Source: Eledone cirrhosa
Taxonomy: Eukaryota
Assembly: GCA_964016885.1 (NCBI GenBank)
Contig: OZ024744.1
Span: 96,906,001 to 96,970,000, forward strand
DNA length: 64,000 nucleotides
Reading direction: 5' to 3'
The position numbers were made by a program, and so were the translations under genes. The notes beneath the pieces are model-generated. The model had not been told where the DNA came from, ran no database searches, and saw nothing but the letters and a program-made list of their open reading frames with translations. Below are positions 40,142 to 53,447 of the stretch, one piece after another; position 1 is the first letter of the stretch, and the number at the start of each line of letters is the position of its first letter.

Positions 40142-40259
40142 GGGATACATGATATGAAGGTTAAAAAACACTTGTGAATAGTGAAGTTTTAAATCAACAT
40201 ATGTTGATTTAAAACTTCACTATTCACAAGTGTTTTTTAACCTTCATATCATGTATCCC

Positions 40260-40330
40260 TATTTTATCTGACGAAAACGCAAATGTCATCTCATGATGAT
40301 ATTTGTTTTTGAAATGCGCATAATAAAATA
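40260..40330 (+). ncRNA. Type I hammerhead ribozyme
   Basis: TATTTTAT-CTGACGA-AAACG CAAATGTCATC TCAT GATGATATTTG TTTTT-GAAA-TGCGCA-TA-ATAAAATA. Perfect 8-bp stem I, palindromic stem III, triplet AUA. Confidence 0.8.
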
Positions 40331-40450
40331 CATGGAACTCTTTTAACCATCTTTTGATCTCATATTATTTATACTCCAGTCCTGCACATGTAGAGTGCTA
40401 CTTATCCGATATCTGCATTGCTTTATTGTACTACAATAAAACTCACCTCT

Positions 40451-40514
<64 letters not shown>

Positions 40515-41344
40515 AAAACAAGGAGAAAGAGACGATTATTAGAAAAAATATATATATATGTTTTCCTTTTTTGTTTATCTCTCTCTTTTTTCTGGGTTAG
40601 AAAATGATTAAAACGAAATGTTTTACTTTGTGTGAAGTGTTAAGGTATATATATATATATATAACCACTTCAGAACTATCCGACATCTCCATGGGTTCGT
40701 TCGACAGTGCTTAGGAAGTTGGTTTATCAATTGTAAATTAGATAGGTTGATCTCAACGGATGTATTTCAAATGATGATAGAAACGAGATTTGTTTAAACA
40801 TTCGGAGATGGCGGAATTGAAAGAATGCAATTATCTAAAGAGTGGTCTTGGTTTGATGAAAACTTGTATGTGGATTTGGTTAAATGCTGATATTCAAAAA
40901 CACAACACTTCGATGGTGAAATATTTCCCATTGACTGTTTTCAAATGTACTTATAAAGGGTTTTAAAAATCTGATCTGAACACAAGTTGTAAAGTTCTGA
41001 ATGGTAATTAAGAAGAGAGATTGCAATCAGAAATACAAGGAAGACACGGCATCTTGGAAGAGGTATATATAAGTTTCATAATGTTATGTTTAAGATTTCA
41101 GGTAAATATGAATAAACTCATATTGGCCGCTTCTACGCTGATGACAAAAAGTGTAAGCAGCATCTTCATTGTAATGTAATATGTACATTGGAAATTCAAC
41201 TGATATATGATCTAGTAACTGTATTCTTTATGACAACAACGCAGTCAATGATCACTATCATGTGGACATTCATTGGGGGAAGAATAATTGCAAGTTGGAA
41301 AAAGAATGACTAATATATATATATAGATATATATGTGTGTGTCA

Positions 41345-41740
41345 GGTCGCTCTCGAGTGCTACTGGTCACATGTAACCCAGTACAACCTGTCTCGTGGTC
41401 GGGTCGTCGGCGACTAAACCGGCAACCCCACCAAGCTTGCTTGGTGAGGAGGGTGATATTTGGACACACGCTGCGGGATTAAATACAGGACCCGGTGAAG
41501 GGCGGAGGAACACAGCAGAGTCAACGGCCATCCAAATAGCTGAGGGCTGTCGTTGTATTTTCCATGTCAAACGTTTGCACCGAAGATATGTGTCGCCAGT
41601 GCCAAAAAGTGTGGTTGGTCCTACACATGCCTTGACCACTTAAAACAAAACTTTGTGTGGGTAGTTCAACATCAGTTCACTTTCTCACGTCAACTTTTGA
41701 CTGGACACTTATACGTCGGATATCGACGGGAGAGTCCATC
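41345..41740 (+). mobile_element. Probable 5' end (UTR plus endonuclease start) of an APE-type (RTE-like) LINE
   Basis: GC-rich structured leader, then frameshifted KTKLCVG.FNI, which resembles the APE start motif G(T/S)FNIR. Part of the leader is shared with 26690-26760. Confidence 0.45.
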
Positions 41741-41812
41741 ATATATATATATATATATAACGTCCCTCGTGATTTGAACGCATATATGTATATATCCGTG
41801 TTTGTCTCTCTT

Positions 41813-41913
<101 letters not shown>

Positions 41914-41959
41914 GTCTGTGTATATGTATATATATATATATATATGTGTGTGTATATAC

Positions 41960-41997
<38 letters not shown>

Positions 41998-42164
41998 CTA
42001 TATTTGAGGGGGGGGGGGTCATATTGTTATATTGCTAGAAGTAATAATAAAACACACTCGGTGTTTGGTTTGGATTGGCTTTCGCTTTTGTATCATTTAT
42101 ATCACTATATATATATACATATATATATAATATAAGATCAAAAGATGGTTAAAGGAGTTCCATG

Positions 42165-42235
42165 TATTTTATTATGCGCATTTCAAAAACAAACATCATC
42201 AAGCAATAATATTTGTGTTTTCCTCAGATAAAACA
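42165..42235 (-). ncRNA. Hammerhead, paralog of the 40260 family
   Basis: Minus strand TTTTAT-CTGAGGA-AAACA CAAATATTATT GCTT GATGATGTTTG TTTTT-GAAA-TGCGCA-TA-ATAAAA. Stem II substitutions keep pairing as AU/GU. Confidence 0.72.
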
Positions 42236-42604
42236 GGAGAACATGATATGAAGGCTAAAAAACACTTGTGGATAGTGCATTTTTAAATCAACATATGAAA
42301 AGTGGTTTTAGATTGATGTGTGATATTGGGAAAAATATTTTATTTAGAGAGGGGGGGGGGGTGGAAAGGATGAAAAAGGGGAGAATCAACAACCAAACAA
42401 CCATACAATTATTAAACTAACACTAACAGACTGGGAAATTATATTAATAAATTGAAGTGAAAACAAACGGGTGTATATTTTTATCGGCCACATGATTCTC
42501 CCAACGTATAACAATGTCTGTTTCAACACACATTTTCAGATACAAGATCTTGCCCAACAAATACAAAACGAAGTATATATACACACATATATATATATAT
42601 GTGT

Positions 42605-42651
<47 letters not shown>

Positions 42652-43389
42652 CATACATATATATATGCATACATATATACATACATACACACACACACGC
42701 ATACATACAAACATACAAACATACCTACATACGTACGTACGTACATAATATAAATACATACATACATACATATATGCATACATACAAACAAGGACAAGAG
42801 TATAGAAACATGCTGTAGTATGCTGTAGTGGTGGAATGTTCCAGTAAAACCCCCAATTAAATGTAAACATACAGAGCAGATATAATTGTTTCTACTTTAG
42901 GCACAAGGCCAGCAATTATCCAGTGCATTACTGGTACTTTATTTTATCGACCCCGTAAGGATGAAAGGCAAAGTCAACCTCGGCGGGATTTGAACTCAGA
43001 TCGTAAAGGGACGTAACTATGCTGGAAAGCATGGCGTCCGACCCTCTACCGATACTGCCAATCTACCAATGATAAAGGACAAGGAAAAGAAGGCAGTAGT
43101 GGACATCATCTGCTCGCAGATGTCAATATAATGCTAAAGATTAGTGAAACGGAGACCATTTATGCTGAATCTATGAGGAATCTGTAGACGCTCCAACCTG
43201 ACTATACATTGAAATGTATACCTGGGATCATTGGGTGTCTGAGATGTGTTGCTAATTGCCTCAGTTCAAAACTTGAAAAGCAGGAATTCACAGAACAAGA
43301 AGGCCACATCTAGATAGGAAATTACAAGTACAGTCAATTAGTAGAACTAGAAAAATAGGTGAAATATTTAAGAAATTTAGCATGTAAAT

Positions 43390-44345
43390 GTCGAGGATTT
43401 CAAGTATCTTGGGTCCTGGATCATGGACTCTGAGAAGAATTTCGCCACCAGAAAGGCCCAAGCATGGTCAGCTTACAACAAGATGGATCGAGTTTGGCGC
43501 TCATATTTCCAACCACACCAAGATCAGACGCTTCCAGGTAACAATTCAACCAATCTTGTTGTATGGAAGTGAAACATGGACACTTTCAACCAAAGCACCT
43601 TGATGACACTTACACTCGCCTACTTCAACACATTCAGAACAACATTGCCTTTGAGAGAGATATATGCTGGCCTCCCACGCATATCTGTCGTTGTACATAA
43701 AAGGAGAGTAAGATTTTCTGGCCACTGCCATCGTCCCACCTATGAGGCTGTGTCCCCATTAGTGCTTTAGAAACCACAAGCAGTCACTAATAACAGAGGA
43801 CACAAGCTCATCTATCCTGATTTTCTGGCCACTGCCATCGTCCCACCTACGAGGCTGTGTCCCCATTAGTGCTTTAGAAACCACAAGCAGTCACTAATAA
43901 CAGAGGACACAAGCTCTCCTATCCTGATTTTCTGGCCACTGTCATCGTGCCACCTATGAGGCTGTGTCCTCATTAGTGCTTTGGAAACCACAAGCAGTCA
44001 CTAATAACAGGGGGCACAAGCTCTCCTATCCTGATTTTCTGGCCACTACCATCGTGCCACCTATGAGGATGTGTCCCCTTTAGTGCTTTAGAAACCACAA
44101 GCAGTCACTAATAACAGAGGACACAAGCTCTCCTATCCTGATTTGCTGGCCACTGCCATCGTGTCACCTATGAGGCTGTGTCCCCTTTAGTGCTTTAGAA
44201 ACCACAAGCAGTCACTAATAACAGGGGGAGCTAGCTCCCCTGTCCCAATATCATCTCCAGAGATTCTGGTATTGAAATCCAGGACTTGGCAACAGCAGTG
44301 AACGACAGACCCACGTGGAGATCAATTGTTTAGTCGATTTCAGCT
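43390..44345 (+). mobile_element. RTE-type LINE 3' fragment containing an internal tandem amplification
   Basis: EDFKYLGS, ILLYGSETWTL, RVRFSGHC..LVLWKP. Confidence 0.8.
43712..44250 (+). repeat. Minisatellite, 107-bp unit x 5, derived from RTE coding sequence
   Basis: Unit starts at 43712, 43819, 43926, 44033 and 44140. Confidence 0.95.
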
Positions 44346-44544
44346 GAGGCCGCCGGATGATGATGATATACACACACACATATATATATATAGAGATATA
44401 TATATAAACAGAACTTAAAATATACAGATCCATACATGCAATATCACCCATGCCTGCACATAATCATATAGACATACATTTGTAATAAACTTGTTGACGG
44501 TGTCAAGATTCCAATGAAAGTGTCTTGTCTCTCTGTTAGAAACC

Positions 44545-44615
<71 letters not shown>

Positions 44616-44898
44616 TCTCTCTCTCCCTCTCTCTCTTTCTCTCTCTTCTTCTCTTTCTTTATTGGTGAGAGTTATTTTATATCCAGAAAAACATACACAT
44701 GTGTATATATGTATATATGTATATATGTATATATGTATGTATATATACATATATATATACATATATACATATATACATACATACAAACATACATACATAC
44801 ACACACATATATATACATACATACATATGTATATAAATACGTACATATATATACATACATATATATGTACAAACATACATATATATGTACAAACATAC

Positions 44899-44929
<31 letters not shown>

Positions 44930-45079
44930 CATACACACATACCTACATACAGTCATATACATACGTACACACACATACATACATTCACTCACTCACACAT
45001 ACATACACACACACATACATACATACATACATACATACATACATACATACATACATACATACATACATACATACATACA

Positions 45080-45110
<31 letters not shown>
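44545..45110. repeat. (CT)n/(TA)n/(TACA)n compound microsatellite
   Basis: Read directly. Similar tracts at 14455-14645, 25648-25785 (CA), 30925-31175 (CACCA), 54083-54692, 56805-57160 (TTGG), 59366-59518 and 63505-63738. Confidence 0.95.
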
Positions 45111-45382
45111 GTGAAAAAGAAACATTTTCATTAGTACGCGCTTGTAGGACTTATTTAAACTTCACATTTGTCGAATATTGTTGATTGTGATTTTTAATTG
45201 CTTAATTCTTTCGTCTTGCTAATTGTATTTCAGCATTACTAGACTTGTTTATAGATTTTCTTTCAACTTGCAGCTTTTTTTATGAAATAACAAATATATT
45301 TTCATTTGAAATATTTTTCCAGTTGCTTCAGGTTAACTCAATCTGTATAGCAATAGAAATATAGCGAGCGCACTACATGATG

Positions 45383-45439
<57 letters not shown>

Positions 45440-45443
<4 letters not shown>

Positions 45444-46570
45444 TTGGATTATCTACATATCTAAGGGAATCACATGATTGGATGATCAAACTCGTTTTGA
45501 AACACGAAAGCATCAAAAGATCATACTCCATTACAAAAGATGCACAAAGATACAGTAATGGACTACAAATTTCAGAAGTCCCATTTACTGCTGAAATGGA
45601 AAACACAGAAAAAGCAAAGCAGGTAAAAGTAACTGCAAAGAAAGAACTGCTACAGAAACTGGCTAAGAAATGGCAAGAAAAGCCTCTGTATGGAAAATAC
45701 CCAGAACGAGCTAACAATCCTGATGTTGACAAAACTTTAACCCATCAGTGGTTGGCATCCTCTGGACTGAAATCGGAGACTGAAGGACTGATTATATCAG
45801 CACAAGATCAGTGTCTGCCAACAAAAAATTACCAAGCCAACATAATAAAAAATGGATGCAGCCCATTATGCCGTGTATGTAAAAAAACAACCAGAGACCA
45901 TTGACCATATAATTTCAATGTGCAGTCCTATAGCTCCAACCGAATACCTAAACAGGCATGACAGAGCTGCACAATACATACATTGGATAATGTGTAAGCA
46001 TTTTGACCTGCCCCATCAAAAGAATTGGTGGGAGCATCAACCACCTCCCATACTTGAAAAAGATCACATCTCAATCTTGTGGAACTTTAGCATCCAAACA
46101 GATCGAAAAATAGATGCAAATAGACCTGATATAATATTGAAAGACTTTCAAAAGAGGGTATGCCTGCTAATTGATATGTCCGTTCCAATAGACAAGAATG
46201 TATCTATAAAAACATGTGAAAATTTGAGCAAGTATAAGGACCTGGAGATAGAAATTGGAAAAATGTGGAAATTGAGAACTAAAACAATACCAGTGGTTGT
46301 AGGAATGATACCTAAGGAGTCTAATGATTACTTATCGCAAATCCCAGGAAACCCGCGTATAGAAGAAATACAAAAGATAGTACTAATGGGAACTGCCCAT
46401 ATACTAAGGAAGATTCTGTCAATATAAGTACATCACAAGTCTAAACACTAAAGATGCATGTGAGTATGTATGTTCTTTCTTGAACATGGCGGACCTTGTT
46501 GTCTCTTGAGGTCTCTGGTTGTGACTTGGTGATAACTCGTATGAACATAAAGCAAGATAAATGCAGCTGT
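45440..46570 (+). mobile_element. R4/Dong-like RLE LINE 3' part inserted in (TAA)n
   Basis: CCHC motif (CRVC..ETIDHIISMC), RHD, RPD..D restriction-like endonuclease motif and KYKDL. Flanked on both sides by (TAA)n. Confidence 0.9.
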
Positions 46571-46596
46571 AATAATAATAATAATAATAATAATAG

Positions 46597-47312
46597 TCGA
46601 TAGACTCTACTTAAAGAGATCTGAAGGTGGAAGAGGCCTTATCAGCATAGAGGACTGTGTTCAGATGGAGAAAAACAATATGCACAAATATGTAAGTGAC
46701 AGTAGGGAGTCAATGCTCAAAATTGTACTGAAGGAGAAGACAATAGACCAGGGTATGTCCAAGGAGGAAATAACATCAAGGAGGAAGAGCAACCTTCATG
46801 AAAAATCCCTTCATAATACCTTCTTTAAGAAAACGGAATTTAGATATCCACAGACATGGAACTGGTTAAAAAGAGGAGACCTTAAAAAAGCTACAGAAGG
46901 AATACTAACGGTTGCGCAAGAGCAAGCCCTCAGAACGAAGTGGGTGAAACACCATATTTACAAGGAGGAGGCTAGCTCACTGTGTAGGATCTGTGGAGAG
47001 AGAGAGGAGACTGTGGCTCACATTGTATCCGAGTGTAAACACCTAGCCCAGACTCACTATAAAGGCTGGAGACATGATGTGATGGGCAGCGTCATCCACT
47101 GGCACCTATGCAAAGTAAACAATTTACCACATGATGATGATGATGGTGATGATGATGATGACGATGATGATGATGATAGTGATGATGGAGACGATGATCA
47201 CGTCGATGGTGATGATGATGATATTGGTGCTGATGATAATGAAGAAGATGATGATGCTGCTGCTGCTGCTGATGATGATGATGATGATAACGACGATGAT
47301 AAAGACGACGAC

Positions 47313-47347
<35 letters not shown>

Positions 47348-47444
47348 CGATGATAATGACGATATGATGATAATGATGACGACGACGACGATGGTGATAA
47401 TTATGATGATAATGATCATCACCATGGTGATGATGATGATGATG

Positions 47445-47507
<63 letters not shown>

Positions 47508-47630
47508 CAAAGATAGAAATAACCCGAATGTGGATGATGAAAGCCAAACCAATCTCTATAATAGTAGGTGCCTTGGAAATGATTTAAAAATAATAACATT
47601 GCACATAGCCAAGGCGCACATAACGGTGCT
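46597..47630 (+). mobile_element. Second R4/Dong-like RLE LINE fragment, interrupted by a (GAT)n expansion at 47131-47505
   Basis: GGRGL, TEGILTVAQEQAL, CRICGEREETVAHIVSEC, RHD. After the repeat the sequence resumes as EITRMW..IIVGAL. Confidence 0.8.
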
Positions 47631-48658
47631 CGGTAATGAAGTGACAACACACTACAACAACAATAAGACTAATAGTAATAATGATAATAATGATTTCTAC
47701 TATGGGCACAAAGCCAGCAATTTTTTTTTTCTGGGTGCGGTGGGGGTGGGGGGAGGAGAAGTCGATGATTAAATCAATCCCAGTGCGTTACTGGTACTGT
47801 ATTTTATTGACCCCGTAAAGATGAAAGGCAAAGTTAACCCTCGGCCGAGATTTGAACTCAGAACGAAAAGAGCCGTAACTATATGCTGCAAAATATGTTG
47901 TCTGACGCTCTACCATTTACTGCCAATCTGCCGTTTCGGTAATAATAATAATGATGATTTCATTTATTTGCCACAAGGGCCGACATATAAGGGACAATGC
48001 AAAGACACAGACAGTATGGGGGGGGGGTTACAATAAGCTCGAGTAAAAGTGCATAATGGCAAGACTAATAATTGTTTCTGCTTTTGGCACAAGGTCAGCA
48101 ATTATCCCAGTGTATTACTGGTACTTTATTTTATCGACCCCAGTAAGGATGAAAGGTAAAGTTAACCTTGGCGGGATTTGAAGTAAAGGGCCGTAACTCT
48201 ATGCGTCAAAGCATGGCGTCCGACCCTCTACCGATACTACCATCCCTAATAATGATGATAATAATTTATACTACTATATTTAATAATCTCGTTTTTTAAT
48301 CTATAGTTTTAAAAAATTATACTATTTTGTTTAATATCTAAACGAGGTTAAATAGAATTATATGAATTATTCGTGTTAAGATGTATATGGAAAAGATTGT
48401 ATAGTTAAAATCAATTTATAGAACTTATAGAATTAAAATAAATAGAAATTTAGAATTGAATATTAGAAAAACGTCAAGGATATGAAATGATTATTTATGT
48501 TTTTATTTCTACGCACGTTTCAATACGGCCATAATGTCACATTCATTTGCAGAACAACTAGAAATTTAGAGCTTCTCTCATCTTACCAAAGAGAATAGTG
48601 AAGAACTACACTATAATCATATATGTTATTTTATTAGAAATGTAGAAATACAAATAAT

Positions 48659-48847
48659 TGTTTCTACTTTTTGGCACAAGGCCAGCAAAATACCCAGTAC
48701 ATTACTGGTACTTTATTTTATCGACCCCGTAAGGATGAAAGACAAGTTAACCTCGGCGAGATTTGAACTCAGATCATAAAGGGACATAACTATGCTAGAA
48801 AGCATGGCGTCTGACCCTCTACCGATCCTGCCAATTCACCACCCATT
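48659..48847 (-). mobile_element. SINE A with 16-bp target-site duplication
   Basis: TAGAAATACAAATAAT at 48643-48658 and 48848-48863. Confidence 0.88.
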
Positions 48848-51527
48848 TAGAAATACAAATAATAAATAATAAAATGAATACTTTGACAATTATAAATGCA
48901 TACACATTATACATTAAATATAATTATCCGTAAAAAATAATAATAATCTTTGAAGAGTTGTAGGCTTTTAGAGATTATGTTTAATGAGTACAGACGCATA
49001 AAACCTGGAAAATATATTATCTAGAAATATATTTATTAACCTGAAAAATATATTATCTTGAAAAATATCTTATCTAGATTAAGAAAACTGTTTCAAGAAA
49101 AGCAATTTCGAGATCGATTAATCAGGTAAAAAAAAACTATCTTTTGTATTTTGTAAAAAAAAAAAAACAGCTACAACAAAACTAATGCAATTACATAAAT
49201 GTGTTCAACGCAAAGATGTTATAAAATCTCTGAATTTAAGGTCATATTTATATTGTCTTAACGTATTAGATTAACTGCCTTTGGGATATAGGATCTAATA
49301 GCTAACTGAATATAATCCCAAGGTTCGCCATTTCTTCAGCACATTCGAATTAATATAGTTAGCTATGATTATTTTAAAAGACTTCGGGATTACACACACT
49401 CACAATAACTGAATATTCTACAGTTCCAAATTGTACCAGTAATGCACTGGGTAATTGCTGGCCTTGTGCCTAAAGTTTTGCGATTTAATTGAGGAATGGA
49501 ACCTTATCATAATCAGGAATGTTATCATTATATTTTCAGCGAAATTACATTGATCAATATAAAAATGTTTTAACAGTTTGCATAAGAAAATAAGGGTAAA
49601 AATAAAACATATAATTTTAGTAATATTTTTCTATTCCTTTTCTTTTTTATATATATATATATATATAGTTTTCTGCTACGAGTGAATGCCTATTTCCAAT
49701 TTTCGTACGTTTATGAATCTGACATGAGAAATGTAAATAAGAATTGAATTAAACTACTATCATCACATCACAACATTTCAACTATAAAATGCGGTCATAT
49801 AGCTACTCTCATATCATACCATCAAATCCAATTCAGTTCAAAATCATGTCAGTTCCCGCAATCCACGATAGTAGCATTCACACCTGTGGTTGCAATAATA
49901 CATAATAGATTTAATAACATAACATTGGAACCATTTTCATATACCACTAGATCAATTTATCTTCAATCTCCCAGAAATCACGGAACAAGAACTAGAAATA
50001 TTTATAAATTATTCATTCACAACTACTCTTTTACGCAAATACTATCACATGTTTATAAGTGCACCCAATCCATTATCGATTACGTCAATATTGTCTAATA
50101 AACTACTATTTACTTTGTTTCTATTTCCTTCCTTGGTTATATGGAATCCTAGATCCGATTGATATAGAAATTTGGTGTATAAAATTACAAGCTGATTTAT
50201 AAATCGATAAACGTTTTTCTAGTAATATAACAGAAATACGGGGGTATACAATATTTTAAGATATTTATAACTTATATCTTGACACAGATCGTTATAAACT
50301 TAGAATTTATTAACCAGCGAAAGTCCCGAAATTTAAGGTGGGTCTGTAAAACAGTTAACTTTTATATACAAGAATTTTTACAAGATATTGCCCAAAAGAA
50401 ACCCATCAGCTAAATTGCTGGGTGATGTTCATATAAAAATGGAGGTGAACATCATTCGATTGACCACAAACAAACCTCTTCCAAGGAAACGCCTTCTCCA
50501 TTCTGTCTGTCGGGGCTTTGGGGTGACCAGTACGTGGGACCCCATTTGCTCACCATAGGGAGAGATGGGGTGGCGAGAGAGATAGGGTGGCGAGAGAGAT
50601 GGAGGCGATGACAGTGGGAGTTCGGCTCTTCCACGTTCAGACCATATCTTTGTGGTTGTGTTCATCAAGCCCTAGCGCAGTAATAAAAGAAATTCAACTA
50701 AATTTTGAACACAACTGGTAGGATGTAAGTGTCAAAGATCTTCGCTCCACCTATATAATATAACCTTACAGATGAAATGCCACTACCTTTTATAAACTTA
50801 GAATTTATTAACCATCTTTGTATCCTTTCGCCGGCGAAAGTCCCGAAATTTAAGGCGGGTCTTTAAAACAGTTAACTGTTTATATACAAGAATATTTACA
50901 AGATACTGGGGTGAACATCATTCAATTGACCACAGACCTCTTGTAATATATATAAAATACTCTTAGTGATGAAATGCCACTACAATTTTGTAACCAGAAA
51001 TATAAATATATTGTGATAATTTATTATCATCCTTAACAATCAGCTGTAATTATCAGAAGTGGAAGACAATATTATCGAACAATCAAACAAAAAGAAAAAG
51101 AAAATAACGACAATAAATAGTTTTGAAGCTATAATCAATAGTGTGAAAATCCTTGAATAAACAGGAAGCTGATGTAAAATAGGTTACACAAGTTAGTATT
51201 TTCTCTTTAAATAGTATAATTCATGGAGAAATCTGGTTTTCTAGCTCCGTTGAAACCAGTTCAGTAAAAGGTAAAATAAAATGTTAGTCTGTCCTGATGA
51301 GAAATGTATTTAGTTACGCTGCAATAAATTAATCAGCAAGAAATGAGATATTATTGTTTCACTTAAACTAAATGATTGTAAATCATATGAAGAATTAATT
51401 ATGTTTATTCAAACATCGAATATGTATACCAACATGGGATACAACTTGTGTGTATATGTATGTGTGTGGGTGTAAATTGACATTATGTATATCATATATG
51501 TTTATGTACATATACAGATGTCTATCT

Positions 51528-51593
<66 letters not shown>

Positions 51594-51626
51594 AGAATAT
51601 TTTCGAAACACCGAGTGGGTTTTTGG

Positions 51627-51868
51627 AATTATTAGAAATGTAAGCTATCGCCGTATTTTGACTAAAGAAATTAAAGAAATTATTTAGCCTGATAGTAGGG
51701 TTAAGAACCCTCGGAGAAATGGAAAAAGATGAGTTATTGACGACTCCCATGTACGTCAATACTCATCTTTTTCCATTTCTCCGAGGGTTCTTAACCCTAC
51801 TATCAGGCTAAATAATTTCTTTAATTTCTTTAGTCAAAATACGGCGATAGCTTACATTTCTAATAATT
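51627..51868. repeat. Inverted repeat with ~115-bp arms and an 11-nt spacer, between (TA)n tracts
   Basis: AATTATTAGAAATG...TTGACG / CGTCAA...CATTTCTAATAATT. Confidence 0.92.
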
Positions 51869-51979
51869 TCATATATATATATATATATATTTATATACAT
51901 AATCATATATTTATATATATATGTATATATATTATATATATACATATATATATATTTATATACACACACACACACACAT

Positions 51980-52011
<32 letters not shown>

Positions 52012-52014
<3 letters not shown>

Positions 52015-52203
52015 GGAACAAGTAAGACCCCGACTGCTGAGCTCAAGCCGTTTCGACGGCTAATTCAGTACAGAATTAGCCGTCGACACGGCTTGAGCTC
52101 AGCCGTCGGGGTCTTACTTGTTCCTATTACCCACTCTACTACCCTAAGTATTGAGTACTTTGGTGCGTTATGGTCCACCTGGTTCCTTACCACATTTCCT
52201 TCG

Positions 52204-52206
<3 letters not shown>
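52012..52206 (+). repeat. Fold-back element (arms 52012-52066 and 52073-52127) with the 3' half of a hammerhead; copies at 52650-52788 and 19730-19827
   Basis: The intact stem III plus GUC motif GAAA-CGGCT TGAGCTC AGCCG-TC-GGGGTC is at 52667-52695; both arms here carry it with one substitution each. Embedded in (TA)n. Confidence 0.8.
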
Positions 52207-52231
<25 letters not shown>

Positions 52232-52238
<7 letters not shown>

Positions 52239-52577
52239 TAAAAGGAATTCCAACTCTGTCTGATTTACTCGGTTTATTTACAATGCTTAAAAATTTATAA
52301 TGATATTATAATGAAATAGTATGATAGAATATTAAATGTTAAGTGTTAATTGAACAAGTACTTTCATGCTTTCGCAATCTTCAGTTGAAAATTGCAAACT
52401 TGGCTGTCACCACTGAATATGAACGTGAAGATTGCGAAAGCATGAAAGTACTTATTCAATTAACACTTAACATTTAATATTCTACCATTCTATTTCATTG
52501 TAATATCATTATAATTTTAAAGGATTGTCAATAAAACGAGTAAATCAGACAAAGTTGGAATTCCTTTTATTAATATA
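52232..52577. repeat. Older inverted repeat with ~150-bp arms and degenerate hammerheads at the inner ends
   Basis: Left arm (minus) CTGAAGA-TTGCGAAAGCAT-GAAA-GTAC-TT-GTTCA; right arm TGAAC-GTGAAGA-TTGCGAAAGCAT-GAAA-GTAC-TT-ATTCA. Confidence 0.85.
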
Positions 52578-52786
52578 ATCTTCTATACACAATCATATAT
52601 TTATTTATTTATATATATATATATATATAAATTTTTTTTTTTTTTTTTAGTCCAGAATTAGCCGTCGAAACGGCTTGAGCTCAGCCGTCGGGGTCCTATT
52701 CGTTCCTATTACCCACTCTACTACCCTAAGTATTGAGTACTTTGGTGCGTTATGGTCCACCTGGTTCCTTACCACATTTCCTTCGT

Positions 52787-52829
<43 letters not shown>

Positions 52830-52871
52830 ATATATATATACACACACACATACGCACACACACACACACAC

Positions 52872-52919
<48 letters not shown>

Positions 52920-53403
52920 GCGCACATACATATATATATACTGTTGCGTTGTGGTTAAGGTTATGTCATTAGAGTAGATAATTCATTTTTCATTTAGCTT
53001 TTCATAACTACAGATAAATCAACACGTTGGCAAGGAAAGCAAATTAATGAAGACCATTTTCAGACATATCCGCTTCTATTTTGAGAATGTTACCGGCATG
53101 AATATCATATAAACGTTGACAGTGAGAGCGATTATGAAAATAATCAATGAGTGACACAATTTTTTTTTTTTTTTTTTTTTAATCTACATCTAACGAATAA
53201 CTTCAAATTCTATCGATTCAGAATATGCCTTCAGTGATAGAACACACAATTCAGTTGAAATTTTATATAGTGTGTTGCGTTAGCGAAAATTGCAAGTACT
53301 AATTTCCTTGTGAACCATGTTACATACATAACTGTTTCTACGTTTGGCACAAGGCCAGCAATAACCCCAGTGCATTACTGGTACTTTATTTTATCGATCC
53401 CGG

Positions 53404-53447
<44 letters not shown>

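Larger units (their letters stand above)
40041..40360. repeat. Near-perfect 160-bp-arm palindrome, no spacer (centre CAT|ATG at 40200/40201)
   Basis: Arms are reverse complements with one visible mismatch. Confidence 0.95.

Noticed and set aside
40680-41230. Possible coding relic of an old DNA transposon or exon
   Set aside because: Frames are interrupted by stops and I recognised no motif.
43735-43790. CTATGAG...GAAAC...GTC in the 107-bp repeat resembling a satellite hammerhead
   Set aside because: The core is not CTGANGA, the stems do not pair, and the sequence is explained as RTE coding DNA.
50290-50985. Duplicated ~150-bp segments (50290-50465 and 50790-50935) as LTRs
   Set aside because: No TG..CA ends, PBS or PPT; more likely an old local tandem duplication around a CRE-like stub.
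51685-51725. CTGATAG-TAGGGTT AAG AACCCT-CGGA-GAAA as a hammerhead in the 51.6 kb palindrome
   Set aside because: The core deviates from CTGANGA and no NUH or stem I follows. The hairpin is real but the ribozyme is unsupported.
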